Shown here in pieces: positions 16,181-30,344 of a stretch of DNA of 64,000 nt. Each line of letters begins with the position of its first letter. Position 1 is the stretch's first letter. This stretch comes from the human T2T-CHM13v2.0 reference genome, Homo sapiens: NCBI RefSeq assembly GCF_009914755.1, contig NC_060930.1; one strand, given 5' to 3'. Below the pieces are notes generated by a model. That model ran no database searches, was not told where the DNA came from, and saw nothing but the letters and a program-made list of their open reading frames with translations. Position numbers and translations under genes: made by a program.

Positions 16181-16999
16181 GCTTTCAATATTCTACATGT
16201 TATAGAGCTTCAAAGGAAAGCCAGAAATTTCCAATGGAGTAATGTGCATAATTACCTCTGTTAGGGATGTCTTAAAATAAATTACTAGATCTCGAGTTTT
16301 AATTCTTTTCTGCAACTTGCATGATTGATATGATTTACCTGTGTGACATATTCCAATAACAGAACTAAAATTATTACTTGATTTAATGCAAAATATCTGC
16401 TTTCCTTTGTTTTTGTTTTTCACTGAGGACAGTATGTCAGAATGTAAGGATGAAGAATATCATTAGCTATTTCATCTTTAATCTGGTTACATCTGTGAAA
16501 AAATCATTCATAAATTTAGTAACAGTTGATTATTAACAAAATATTTATACATTTTGACTAATAATAAAATATATCTTACATAACGCAGGACTGATCAATT
16601 AGCAAAAAACTCAGGACCAGATGGACTTTTGATACTACTAAACACTGAATTACTATGATTCTCAATGTAGTCTAATATTTTGAAAGTGGTCTCCAAAAGT
16701 CATCCTCAAAAGATGGACCAAAGACTATAGGATATTCTTCAAATGTATTCAAAGCTACAAGTTATTTCTTTGTTTCTTATGGCCAAATAGCAAGCCATTT
16801 TTTTTTGGCTTCATTCTATATGCATGTAAGAGCTATTTATTATTGACTTACAAAATTTATGTGAGTTACTGTAATCTTCTAATGTGTGGAGGATCTGCTC
16901 CTTTTTAGACTCCTGAACTCTGCGCCTTGTAGAGCTCAGATGGCAAGTAACATCTAAAAGCATTATAGGGAAAAGATACACGTAAATATACCATATGTA

Positions 17000-17418
17000 T
17001 GGTAAGAGAAATAAGCCAAACACAGAAAGAAAAATGTTGCATATGCTCACTCATATGTGGGAATTGAAATATGTATCTCATGAAGATAAAGAACAGATTG
17101 GTAGTTATCAGAAGCCAGAAAGGAAGCGATGAAGAGAAGTTGATTTATGAGTGCAAATATACAGTTTGATAGAAGAAATAAAACCTAGTGTTTAAAAGAT
17201 CAGTAGAGTAACAATAGTTTACAAGAATTAATCGCATATTTCAAAATAGCTGGAGTGGAAGAATTCAAATGCTTCTGGCATAAGGAAAAAAATGAATAAT
17301 TAAGTTGACAGATATCCCAAGAACACTGATTTGATCTTTACAAGTTATATAAATATTAAATTATCGCAAGTATCCCAAAACTATATACATCATTATGCAT
17401 CAATAACTTTTAAAAAAG
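17000..17418 (+). mobile_element. L1MA-type 3' end fragment
   Basis: 'gaaataagccaaacacagaaag..ctcactcatatgtggga..atttcaaaatagct..gatttgatc..tcaataac' followed by A-rich end. Confidence 0.8.
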
Positions 17419-18664
17419 CTCCAAAATATAGAAACTATCAATTTCCACCTCTCCTGATCCAGATCCATTCTTTCTCATGGAAAAGCAACTTGAGTCATAG
17501 TATAAAAACTGAGTAATGTATTTTCAAAAATTAACGTAGAATGATATTTTTGCAAAAAGTTAATTTTAAAATATTCCAAGAAAAAAATGTCTGTGGATAA
17601 ATAAGTGTGGTATATTCTGATTTGAACAATTTAAGCAAATTTATCGACTGTGGACCACATAAGTCTTTAATATGTTAATAAGAATTATAAACCTCTATGA
17701 GGCCCTTATTGTATCTGGCATGTATGTAGCATTTTCCAAATGTGTTTCATCTTGTGACCTCTCTAAAAAATTTCCATCAATATATCAAAAGACTAATACC
17801 CAATTAGAAGTAATTTCTGGAAATATTGAAGAAAAATCTCAATGCTTACACCTACCTCTTCTCCTCTTCACTGTCACCTTTCTTATATCCATTAACACAC
17901 ATTCATATATATACACGTTAATTTATGGTCACTGATTAAATTATAAAAGTTTTTTTTTCAGTTAAGTTTTTATACATGTGTTTTCTGCAGTTGTCATCCT
18001 CCATCTCTTCCTCTTGCAATCTTTCTGGTCTATATTCAAGAAGATTTTTCATAAATACTTAGTATTGTGGAAACATAAATCTGTTTCTTTTTCTTTCTAT
18101 GCATCTTGATATCCATCCATATAATTCACATTTTTTGCTTAACTTTAAAATATACAATCTTCCTCATGTAATGATTCCTGGATTAAATGATTTTTACGTC
18201 TCTCAGTGGTGATACTAGGTAAGCTAGTGATATTTTCAGCTTCTACATATTTTCTTGCCTGATAAAGTTATAGTATTGATATAAACAACTCCCAGATAAC
18301 TCTACAAGTTACAAGAAATGATATACCTATATTTCTCCTACAGTTTTCTATAGTGATCCGAGAAGCTTCAAGCTTAGATTTGTCAGTAAAAATGATGTTT
18401 TACTTGGCTTTGCTTTTGCAATTTAATTCTGGATTTACTGGTTGCTAAGATAGTTAACATTTGAGATAACCTTTATGTATTGTGAATTCAGATTCTTTTT
18501 ATCCCTGCTCATTGGTTACCTCAGCTGAAGAGCCCAAGATATTCCATCTGTCATTAAAAATGATCTTGGCTAAGAATCACACTCATAAAGATATAAATTA
18601 CTGATATATTGTGAAAGGGTCTTACATTGCATTATCTTGCCTAAAAGCCTCACACGACCACCTG

Positions 18665-19165
18665 TGTCATTTTCCTTGGAATTTTAACAGCGAGGTATTA
18701 ACAGTGAAACAGCAAAAGAAGTAACATAATAAATTTCATTTTTAAGGGGACTTTACTCATTCCTGACCATTGAAAGGATAATTTTAGAACACTGGGATAG
18801 TATGCAAAAACAGCAATCACATAATTTTTGTAACTAACTCTGGGATTAAAGGGGAAGCATGAAAACAATTATGTATTGTTAAAGATTTATAGGAACATTG
18901 TGACCTGACCAAGAACAAAGAAGTTCCCAACCTCCTCAGACCCTCGCTTGCCCAGATGTCTGCAGTCCTTGGTCACCTCTTGATACCAACCCTCTACTCT
19001 TCCTCATATCCTTTCCCATAAAAACCCTCTGGCTACTTTAGAATGCTAGTTCACCATCTTCCCAGTTTTGCTGGCTTTCTTAATAAACCTGCTTTTTCTA
19101 CCACTGACCTCATCTCTTGTGTTTGGCTTGCCAGTGGTGAGCAGTTGAACCTGGGCTCAGTTACA
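18665..19165 (+). mobile_element. Solo ERV1-class LTR (MER4-group-like); left boundary approximate
   Basis: TATA-like 'cataaaaa' near 19017, AATAAA 19082-19087, U5 end 'gagcagttgaacctgggctcagttaca'. Confidence 0.7.
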
Positions 19166-19739
19166 GAAGGTTTCAAATCTTAGGAAATAAACTCTAATTT
19201 GAAAATTTCAATACATTTCACCATGCGTGCTACAGGTATTTGCAAGTAGAATTTTCATTTCCTTGCATTGCAATACATTTTTTTTTCCGGAGAAATGAAG
19301 CTTTCTGAATATTTTAAATGAGTCTAAGAATTATTCATAATTAGCTATGTTTTAAATGCTGCATTAGATTATCAAAGGACCTTTGTTAGATAATTCAGAC
19401 TCCACTTCATTTTCAGAATGTCTGTGACCTTTAGAATGACTCACTGGGTAGGTACGAATTGATATGTCAATGGGTGGCCTGACCTACCTGACATAACTCT
19501 GTTTAAGAAAAAGACATGAAAACACATGCAGATACATCACACACAATTACATAAAAGTAGTGAGTGTACCATATCTTTCAGGCAGAGAGGCATTGCGAAG
19601 TGATAAGACTTTTTTTTCTTATTTTACTTTTCTTTATCAGCATCAACTACTTGCCTTTTCCTTTGCTCTATGTGGAACTTGTGCACAATTGAGAACAGAA
19701 GTAAGGACAGAGCAGAAGATGAAAAATGAGTACAATACT

Positions 19740-21320
19740 ATTTTAAACAAACAACTTCGTTGAGGTATAATTTACATGCAATTAACTACATAGGTTTAGA
19801 ATGTACAATATGAAAGTTTTGACCTGTGTATGCAATCTTGATACCATCTCCACAACTGAGATACTAAGTATATTCACCACCCCAGACTTTCCTCATTTCC
19901 ATTGTAATTCATCTCTCCTGCTTTTTTCCTTGACTTATTTCCAAGAAAACCATTGGTTAGATTCCTATTAGTTTTGTAGAGTTTAATTTCAGTAGAATAA
20001 TGCAGTATGTACTCCTTTTTTATTTAGCAATAGTTATGTTAATAATATTTCATTGTATTTGTGTATCAATATTTCATTTTTTTGTTGCTGAGTAGTGTTC
20101 CACTTAATGGATATACTCACGTGCTTATCCATTCACCTATTGAACAACACTTAAGTATTTTCCAGATTTAGGCTACTGAAAATAAACCTACAAACATTTG
20201 ATGAAAACGGACAAGTTTATTTTACACTTTTGCTTAGGTAAATCGAAGATATAGAATGGCTAGATCATATGGTAGGTATATGTTTAACCTTTTAATAAAG
20301 TGTCAAATTGTTTCCAAGGTATTTGTACAATTTTACATCACTACCAGTAGTGTGAGAAAATTCCAGTTCCTCCACATCCGTGCCATCACCCAGTATATGC
20401 AGTGTTATTTTAGCCATTCTAATAGGTGTTTAGTGTTATCTCATTTTAGTTTTAATTTGTATTTCTCTAAAGGCTAACAATGTTGAGCATCCTTCTTTGT
20501 GCTTATTCACCATCTGCATATCTTCTTTAATGAAGTGTCTATTCAAAGACTTCGCCCACTTTTAAGCTTGTTATTTACCCAAGTAATTATCATTTCCAAT
20601 GCTCTTTATTCCTTTAAGTAAATCCATATTTCTATATGGTATCATCTTCCATCTGTCTGAAGGACTTCCGTGAATAGTTCTGGTAGTGAAAGTATGATGG
20701 CGATTATTTGTGGTTAGTATGTCTGAAAAGGATTTATTTTGCTTATGTTTTTGAAAGATGTTTTTGCTGAGTATAATATTTTATTTGTGCAGGTTTTGCT
20801 TTTTCTTTCATATTTTAAAGATGTTCTGTCTCCTCACTTCTTTGTTTCTGACATAAAATCTACTATCATCTTAATTTTGTTTTTCTGTATGTAATATTTT
20901 GTTGTTGTTGTTCTCTGGATACTTTTCTCTTTTTATCAATGGCTCTGAGCAATTTTACTATGACTTGTCCTGTTATAGTTTTCTTTATGTTTCCTGTGCT
21001 TGAACTTCTTGAATATAACAGGTTCCTTGATCCCCTTGGTTCGGTAGGTTAATAATTTTAATCATGTTTCAAGATTGCGTGTCATTTCTTCTAATTTTTT
21101 TTATCTTCTCCTTTCTCTCCTCTATTATAGGGACCCTAACATACCTACATACATATATATATATATGTATATATGGAAGCTTGAAATTGTCTCCATGTTT
21201 ACTGATGTTATTCCACTTTTTGAGGTTATTTTCTTTCATTTTGGATATTTTACTGCTACTTCAAGTTCATTGACATTTTCTTTTTGCAATGTCTAATTTG
21301 ATGTTAACACTATCCAGTTC

Positions 21321-21354
<34 letters not shown>

Positions 21355-22320
21355 CTTGGGCATCTCTAGACATTCATTTCAGGCCTTTTTCATATATTCA
21401 GTGTCTTTAACTTTTTGAACATATGGAACCTAGTTAAAATATTTGTTTAAATAAACTTGTCTTTAAATTCTAACATCTATGTGAGGTCTGGTTTAGTTTT
21501 GATTATTTTTTTCTTCTCATTGTGTTGTATTTTCCTGCACATTTGCAAACTTGGTAATATTTAGCTAGATGGCAAACATTGTTAATTTTAACTTTTTGTT
21601 TGCTGGATATTTTTTGTATCTCTATAAATATTGTTGATCTTTGTTCTGGGACACTGTTAAGTTGCTTGGAAATAATTTGTCCTTGTGAACCTTGTTTTGA
21701 AGATTTGTTGGGGTTGTTCAGAGGATCTTGTAATATAGGAGTAATTATTCCCCACTCTTGTGGCACAAGCCTTCTATTCTACTAGATAACCCTGAATTAT
21801 GAGATTTTCAATCTATCTTGTGAGAACAGGTGCTGTTTCTGGTCCTATGTACATTGGGCATTGTTTGCTTGAATCCTCCCATAAGGTTCTTCCTCTGGCC
21901 TCTGGAAATTTCCTCACATGCATAGTCTGAATATACTCTGCTGAATATTCAAGCATACCTCAGCAGCTCTCCAGAGCTTTATTTCAGTGCTGCTCTTTTC
22001 TCTCCAGTACTCTGTTCAGCAAAATGTAAATACCTTGTTCTCCCCTGATCCTCATCTGAGTCTCCACAGGAAGTCTGCCATACTTCTGGGTTTTCCCATG
22101 TTGCACTATGGCCTAGAAACATTCTCAAGGCCATAAGTTGAGACAACCATAGGAATCATCTTGTTTGTTTCTCACACCATAGTAATTATTCTCCTTCATT
22201 GCCTGATATGCAATCTCTTGAAAGCCATTGTTTTATGTAATGTGTCTGATGTTTGATTATTTCAGGCAGGAGGGAAATTTAGGCCATGTTACTCCATCTT
22301 GGCTACAAACTAAAGTCTGA
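19740..22320 (-). mobile_element. Old L1M (L1MC/MD-like): 3' end joined to ORF1/5'UTR, most of ORF2 absent
   Basis: 3'UTR 'ttgaggtataatttacat..' from 19740, ORF2 tail to ~20565, then ORF1-region sequence and 5' terminus (reverse complement 'gccaagatggagtaac') at ~22290-22320. Confidence 0.7.
21323..21352. repeat. Pure T30 homopolymer
   Basis: 30 uninterrupted T. Confidence 0.95.
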
Positions 22321-23430
22321 GTAGATCTTTAAAATTTTAGTTATACATTTATTTCAACTTTTAAAAATTACATATGTTTATGCAATATAATGATTCATTT
22401 AGTCCTAAACTTCTACTTTCAATATTTTATTATTTAAATTCCTACATGTCATGCTTATTTTATTATAAGTTATTTCGTACAAGGAAATGGTAGATTTACT
22501 AGGATAACAGAAATACATTATACTATAGTTCAAACAGTTCATGGTTTTTTGGGCATATAATTAATACTTATTTTTTCTTAGTATGTTGAAAAATAATTTT
22601 TTCATGATAGACTGGTCATGATTGCAACAATGCTGCCATGTATCAAAAAGTTAATATTTACTTATATAGGTTTTACATTCCTGTGGCCACTGAGATACAT
22701 TATCTCCAGGACTATCAACAAAGTTTTAGCATTCAACTTCAGTAGAACTTATCAAATGAGTCTGGTTTCCTGGTAGTTAAGTCAGAGTTTCTTTTTCTTT
22801 CCGAAATGCATCTATTAGGTGTTCTATTGAAAAGGAAGTCAGAATCACCTTGCAAATAGAAAACATTAGAGTTTCTGTACCACGGTAGTATATACTTATA
22901 AAGTATTTTATAAACAATATATCATCCTGTTGTAGGGATAGATGAAAAGAATCTGAGTCTTTGTTAAATATTTGATTCTTCATTAGATGTTGTATATTTG
23001 TTTGCTCTTGTGGAAAGTACAGATTCTCCCATATACTTTTGTTAAACTTAAATATTTTATGCGCAAAGTAGTGTGAGATCAGTACGTAGGAAGGGTTATG
23101 TCGAGTAAATTTGTTCCACTAATTACATGAATATTAAAAACATTTAGGAGAATAGGTCAAGCTTAAAAATCAGTTACATTTCAACTGAATATTACAATGA
23201 GGTATAACATAGTAAAACATTTAGTGCCTAACACTTTTTCCATTATGATTTTTTTGTTATTATTACATAGATTTTGCATAGATGAGTGCTGCATGGATAT
23301 TTTGAAACCCATAGTTACAGTTACAAAGCTATTTGGCAATAGGACAAGCTCTACTATGGGGAAATTGCGTACAAATAAGTTGAAGCATAACTAAGTACTT
23401 TTTAACTTTCCTTGGTGGCTTGTGCTTAAA

Positions 23431-23500
23431 CATATATATATACACACATACACACACACACACACATACATATAAACATACATATATATATGTATATATA
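23431..23500. repeat. Compound (TA)/(CA) microsatellite
   Basis: catatatatatacacacatacacacacaca..tatatata. Confidence 0.9.
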
Positions 23501-24940
23501 GTGGGATAACTCATTTTACTATGTAAAACTTTAATTCACATAATCCAGCTCATATTTCTCAAATACTACATTCTGCTTTATAAGTGATACTAAGTAATTG
23601 TCTATTATTTATCATTTATTGAATATCAGCATAGTCTAAATATTAAGGAAATGTAAAATTATATACAGTTTTTTCTACTTAGAGATTAGGATTGCCTACA
23701 AAGAGTTACTAAGTTGAATGCTAGTTTCACTTCAAAATTAATGAATATAAAGATAAGACATTTGGAGAAAGAAAGAAAAATATTTAGGCCAGAAAATGAA
23801 TTACTAAAAAAGTTTTCCTGACACTCATAAGTTGGAATCTGATTCATTAGAATTCTTTTCGTTCTGGGATAAATCAGAGAGTAAGATAAGTATTCAAATG
23901 ATGTTATATGTTCCCATCCTCACCTATTGATCTGGGTCGTCTTGCTAATCAGGATAATATGCTTGACTTTTGCCGTGTGCAGTTTTACAGTTTATCACAT
24001 TTTGAGAACTATCATATGAAAAGAATGTACTATCTAAAATATTTCTCATCTGATAAGGAGAATTGTAGCTTTTGACTCAACATTTTTCAAGAAAAATAGC
24101 AATAAGCACAATAAAAGATGTTACTGCTTTTCACCATAATGAGCGGATATTCTATGTTACTTGTCAATACTGGTGAGTTAAATTTCTCCTTTTAAATAAC
24201 TGAGGTATCAGTTTAGAGAATAGATTATGTTCGTCTTTTATTATGGAAACTTAACTAATCCTGTACTACAGTGCTTCAAGTAAATACACATGTGATGGTA
24301 GATATGGAGTGGTGCATATTTAATCCCATTAGTATTTATTTCTAGTTCATTTCATATAGCAAAAGCAATATATGATAGAAAAAATAATAAAACATAGAAC
24401 AACCTTAGCTGAATCATGTATGATCAAAGGTCTTTTATTTAAAGTCATGCTCATTATGTTATCACACCTTTGAAATATTTACCAGGTTTTATCTTTCAGT
24501 AATTATATCCTGTTGCTTTTAAATATTAAAGAACACTGAAAGAAATGCAAGAGTCTAAGAGTCAAGCATCAAAATTCACTTTATAACAGAGGATTGAATT
24601 AATTCTGGTGGAGAAATCAGAAAAACAAAAACAGGAAGTGTGTGATATTTAAAATATGTTGTCAATTAATGACATTGAGTAATATCAGCAATTTTTTCCT
24701 GAAGTAAGTTTAAAAAATAGATATATGTCATATATGTTAATTATCAATCTCATACTGCTTTCCAATCTATATAAATTAGCCAGTTTCATCTACAAAGAGA
24801 GCAAAAAATTTGGATCTGTCTCAATGAAACCAGTTTTCAGATATAAATCATAAACAAATCACAGTAAAAAATCTTATATTCAACAAAATTAGAAAGTTGT
24901 TTCCACTCGATGTATGATTTCTTTATCCCTGATTTATAGG

Positions 24941-25330
24941 TGTATCTGTCCAGGGTCCAGTCAAGCAAACAGAAATTATACTAGTTCTTTCGATAGAGGG
25001 AATTTAATAAAGAAAATTGTTTACATGGGTACTGGAGCATTTAATGAGCAAAAATGAACCTCTGAGGTTACTGCAAGGTAGCATCAGAAAGCAGGTAAAC
25101 TCCCTTAGGGATGGAGTAAAGAGGAAGATGCTCCTACAGCATCTAAGTAGGAGTCTCCAAAGCTGGAGCTCAGATGTTGGAGGTGAGATGCTTCCAGGCT
25201 GGTGTCACCTCTGAAAGACCCTCATAATATTCAGTCTGCATATGCCAGGGCAATTTGGTGTCTAGAAACAATTGCTACCTCCAGGGGAAAATATCATTGC
25301 TAGAGTGATGATGAAAAGCAGTATCACCCT
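24941..25330. mobile_element. Ancient LTR remnant (LTR78-like); right boundary approximate
   Basis: 'tctgtccagggtccagtcaagcaaacagaaa..gagggaatttaataaagaaaattg' resembles the terminus of ancient LTR78-type elements. Confidence 0.5.
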
Positions 25331-27255
25331 AAAACCTTGGCTGGGAGGGGGTCCCTCTAAGTCCTACTCTCAACGCTTGGGCCCAACGTGGGCTGGCAGG
25401 AACATCTTGGTCATATTGCAGGAGCCTCATCCAGGACCTCTGAGTTCTGGTCTCTATTTTCCAGTTTGTTCTCTCTGATCGTATACTCTAGGTATAGGCT
25501 CAACTGGTTGTCTTATGGTACTAAGAGACTTGAGCCTATGAGTTGCCCTGAGCCTGAGATAGGGGAAGGGCATTCTAGTGAGAAGAGCAGATTCTTCTCA
25601 CTGGCTGCTGTGGCCTTTCTTTCAAATGATCACATAAGATTATGCTGCCAGGATGGTGCTGATTTGGGCAGTTTCTCACTCAAGTCAGACATAGGGTGAC
25701 TTCAGGGCTCTAGGCTATCGGAGGTCTGTTGCCAGGCTCTGGGCTTGAGTCACATGTGTGGTTTATGTATCAGACCTTGCCTGTCTTTGTTTTGATCACA
25801 GTGCCTTCTCTAGTGGGGGTGGCTACAGGCATTCTTCACCCTGTGCACTCTTCACTTCTGGCATCCAGGGTAGACACCCTAACTCGTCCACAGTCTTCAT
25901 GCTACATTTTGAGCACTTTCATGAGGCCATGCCTTTCTCTGCAAAGGGCTTTGTCAGTGCTTGACACTGACAAAAATTCATTAAGATTGCTGTTTTCTCT
26001 CGCCTGTGGTAAATGGGGTACTGTCCTGTTCTGAGTCAGTCTTGAGCCATGCTGGAGAGGAACAAGTATTCTTTAGCAAAAGGGACTGCTCTTTTCTCTT
26101 CCTTTATTTTTTCTATTGTGATCAACGTGTGTGAAGGGGTTTAGTCAACTTTGAAAGAGATCATATTATTGGAATGTGTTGATTATGAACTTTCAAGTTC
26201 AACAGAAAAAGTGGTTTGAACATGTGTCATTCCACCTTGACAGTATTGAAATTCTGAAGAGTGAATTAAACATGACTAGAAAATAAATTAGTTTACATGT
26301 TTCTGCATGATTTAAGTAACACATGCTTTTGTGCTCATAGTCAATGAAGCATAGTAATAATTTTGAGAGAATCCTTGGAAACTAATATTCTCATGTAGTC
26401 CAATAGATGATCCAACATCATGAATAAAGATATAACCAGCACTAAATAAATATTAGAAAACTGTAAAAGCACAAATCTGCTTGTTTCAAGACAAGCAGAT
26501 TTCAAACAGCTTTGGCGTTCTGAATAATAACAGAGTTGCTAATTTTTATTTTCAGAATGGGATGTAAAAAAGTAGCTAAAAATGGCATATTTGATAATAG
26601 AATAGGAGATTTGTGTGTTTCAATTGATGTAAATTTATCTCAAGAAGTACATAATAACAATGGGAATAGTAACTGATTGAGGTGCTGTGGAGTGGAGGGA
26701 AGGACAGTTGATATAAAATAATTAATAGGATATTAATATTTATGGAGGGTGTGTAATGGGTGATAGTTGTATTTTACATTTGAATTTTTATGGTGAAATT
26801 GCTAAAAGATTAATAATTTAAAAAATAGACAAATACAAAACAATAACATGACAAAAATGCAAATGCACATCATAGCTAAATAATATTTAGGCATGCAAAG
26901 ATGGCTCTCAATATTTAGAAATCCAGCTGTACAATTCATCGTTTTGTTAGAGGTAATTAGAAAAATAAATTGTGTGATGATGTCCCTTAAATGGATAAAA
27001 GCATGGGGTCAGATTCAAGAACACTACCAGAAGTTTGAGGTTGAGAATGATGATTAATATGGTCAAAGAGGACAGTTTTTTTGAGCAGGTATTAGGGTAG
27101 AGAAGCATGGTGAGTGGATCTGAAAGGCTAAAAAGAAAGCACTCCGAGAATAAATTTTCTAAAGTTCTCAAATAAAAAATTGATCTGTTTAAACATTATA
27201 TCTCAAATAAGGTCACATTTAATAACTTGCCTTTCCTTAAGAAATTGTCCGTCTC

Positions 27256-29223
27256 TCCCATGCTATAGGTTGCCTGCTCAATCTGATGATAGTTTCTTTT
27301 GCTATACAGAAGCTCTTCAGTTTAATTAGATCTCATTTGTCAATTTGGCTTTTGTTGCAATTGCTTTTGGCGTTTTTGTCATGAAGTCTTTTTCCATGCC
27401 TATGTGCTGAATGGTATTGCATAGGCTTTCTTCTAGGGTTTTTATCGTTTTGGGTTTTACATTAAAGTCTTTAATCAACCTGGAGTTAATTTTCATATAA
27501 GGAGCGAGGAAGGGGCCCAGTTTCAGTTTTCTGCGTATGGCTAGCCAGTTTTCCCAACACCATTTTCTGAATAGGAGATCCTTTCCCCATTGCTTGTTTT
27601 TGTCAGGTTTGTCAAAGATCAGATGATTGTAGATGTGTGGTGTTATTTCTGAGGTCTCTGTTCTGCTCCATTGGTCTATATGTCTGTTTTGGTACCAGTA
27701 CCGTGCTGTTTTGGTTACTGTTAGCCTGGCAGTATAGTTTGAAGTCAAGTAGCATGATGTCTCCAGCTTTGTTCTTTCTGCTTAGGATTGTCTTGCATAT
27801 ACGGAGTCTTCTCTGATTCCATATGAAATTTAAAATAGTTTTTTCTAATTATGTGAAGAATGTCAATGGTATGGTGGGAATAGCATTGAATCTATAAGTT
27901 ACTTTGGGCTGTATGGCCATTTTCACAATATTGATTCTTCCTATCCATGAGGATGGAATGTTTTTCCATTTGTTTGTGTCCTCTCTTATTTCCTTGAGCA
28001 GTGGTTTGTAGTTCTCCTTGAAGAGGTCCTTTCACATCTCTTGTTAGCTGTATTCATAGGTATTTTATTCTCTTTGTAGCAGTTGTAAATGGGAGTTCAC
28101 TCATGATTTGGCTTTCTGCTTGTCTATTGTTGCAGTAAAGGAATGGTTGTCATTTTTACACATTAGTTTTGTATCCTGAGACTTCGCTGAAGTTGCTTAT
28201 TTGTTCAAGAAGTTTTTGGGCTGATATGAGGGGGTTTTCTAAATATAAAATCATGTCATTTGCAAACAGAGACAGCTTGACTTCCTCTCTTCCTATTTGA
28301 ATATGCTTTATTTCTTTCTCTTGCCTGATTTCCCTGGCCAGAACTTCCAATACTATGTTGAATAGGAGTGGTGAAATGGGACTTCCTTGCTTGTACCAGT
28401 TTTCAAAGGAAAATGGGCAAAGGGTATTAACAGACACTTCTCAAAAGAAGACATTTACATGGCCAATAAACATATGAAAAAAAGCTCAACATCACTGATC
28501 ATCAGAGAAATGCAAATCAAAATCACAATCAGATACCATCTCATGCCAATCAGAATGGCGATTATTAAAGTCAGGAAACAATAGATGCTGGAGAGGATGT
28601 GGAGAAATAGGAACACTTTTACACTGTTAGTGAAAATGTAAATTAGTTCAACCATTGTGGAAGACAGTATGGTGATTCCTTAGGGATCTAGAACTAGAAA
28701 TACCATTTGACCCAGCAATCCCATTACTGAGTATAAACCCTAAGGAATATAAATAATTCTACTATGAAAACACATGCACACACACGTTTATTGCAGCACT
28801 ATTTAAAATAGCAAACACATGGAACCAATCCAAATGCCCATCAATGAGAGACTGGATAAAGAAAATGTGGTATATATACACCATGGAACACTATGCAGCC
28901 ATAAAAAGGAAAAAGATCATGTCCTTTGAAGGGACATGGATGAAGCTGGGAGCCATCATCCTCATCAAACTAACCCAGGAAAAGAAAACCAAACACAACA
29001 TGTTCTCACTCATAAGTGGGAGTTGAACATTGAGAACACATGGACACAAAGAGAGGAACACCACACACCAGGGCCTGTTGGGGGGTGGGGGGTGAGGTGA
29101 GAGAACTTAGAGGATGGGTCAATAGGTGCAGCAAACCACCATGGCACACGTATACCTATGTAAACAACCTGTATGTTCCTCATGTGTATCCTGTTTTAAT
29201 TTTCTTAGGAGAAATAAAAAAAG
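27256..29223 (+). mobile_element. 5'-inverted L1PA insertion (inverted ORF2 27256-28409; sense 3' part 28410-29223)
   Basis: Minus-strand ORF2 ORFs 27326-27748 and 28156-28437; plus-strand ORF2 end, 3'UTR and A tail; TSD agaaattgtccRtctc at 27240-27255 and 29224-29239, with TT/AAGA EN site. Confidence 0.93.
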
Positions 29224-30344
29224 AGAAATTGTCCATCTCATCTACATTTTCAAAAATATTTCATTAGAGGTCGGCAAAGTAGTCTCATCATTTAAAAAAT
29301 AATTATTTTATTTTAATGGCTATTTGCCTCTTATTTCTTATTTCCTATAATTGTACATTCTTCTTGTTCCCTTAGATTTTCTAGTTGTTTTCTATTTTAT
29401 TGTTTTCAAAAACTGAATAATTTATTAATTGAATCTATGTTCTAATTTATATCTCATAATTTATGATTTTATATTTATTATTTTCTTTATTATATTTTCT
29501 TTTTATTTCCTTTATATTTTTGTTCATAATTTTTTTGAGTTAGAGATTTTATTTTTTATTATTTTATTTTTAATTGATGAAAGTGTGTAGTGCAATGAAT
29601 TTACAGCTTATCTCCCCTTTAATTGCATTTTATAAATTCTAATATATAACATGCTTGTTGTTAATTTCTATTTCATTTTTACCCAAGAGATATCTAATAA
29701 GTGGTCTATAAATTTCTAGGTGGAAGGACTATTCTGTTTTTGTTTTTTTGAGTAAATTCCAGTTTTACTTCAGTGTGATCAAAGAGTCTTGTTTGTAATT
29801 CTTTCTCCAATAAAGTGCTAATCAAAAGTATTCAGGAATAGTTTGACTTGTTCTCAGACTCAGATGAAAATAATATTTTCATAAAATTAATTCTCATGAA
29901 AAGATATTTGCTGTTTTCCAGATTTGGTGGCCAATAAAAATATGCATTTTATAAAAATTTATTTTAGAAATACATTCATTGCTAATTCAATTCTGGCTAT
30001 AATCAGAAATTATAGTGAGTCCTTTAAACATACACATATGCAGGGTTTATTTCATATTTACATATTCAAAATCTCTGAGGTGAGACTTAGGCAATAATAT
30101 TTTAAAAACTCAGTATGCTATTTTTGTTGAAGAAAAGAAAAGCTGCATTTTTGTGGGTAGTTTCCCCATTTTATACAGCTTTCTAGATCATTCAATTCAT
30201 TGATGTGTGGTAAATATCAAGAAAATATTTGTTCATAGTTACCCAATTATTTAGTATTTTTTGATTAACTATATTGATACAAAAAGAAGTTTAAATTTAT
30301 GTCAAATTAAGTGACATAATTAAGGAGAGAAAAGATTTCAGGTG

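Noticed and set aside
25017-26034. Chain of plus-strand ORFs as a processed pseudogene
   Set aside because: No recognisable protein, polyA or TSD; ORFs are expected from the higher GC content.
26485-26491. Loop 'ttcaaga' resembling a synthetic shRNA loop
   Set aside because: The stem is only 12 bp and there is no Pol III promoter or terminator; coincidence.
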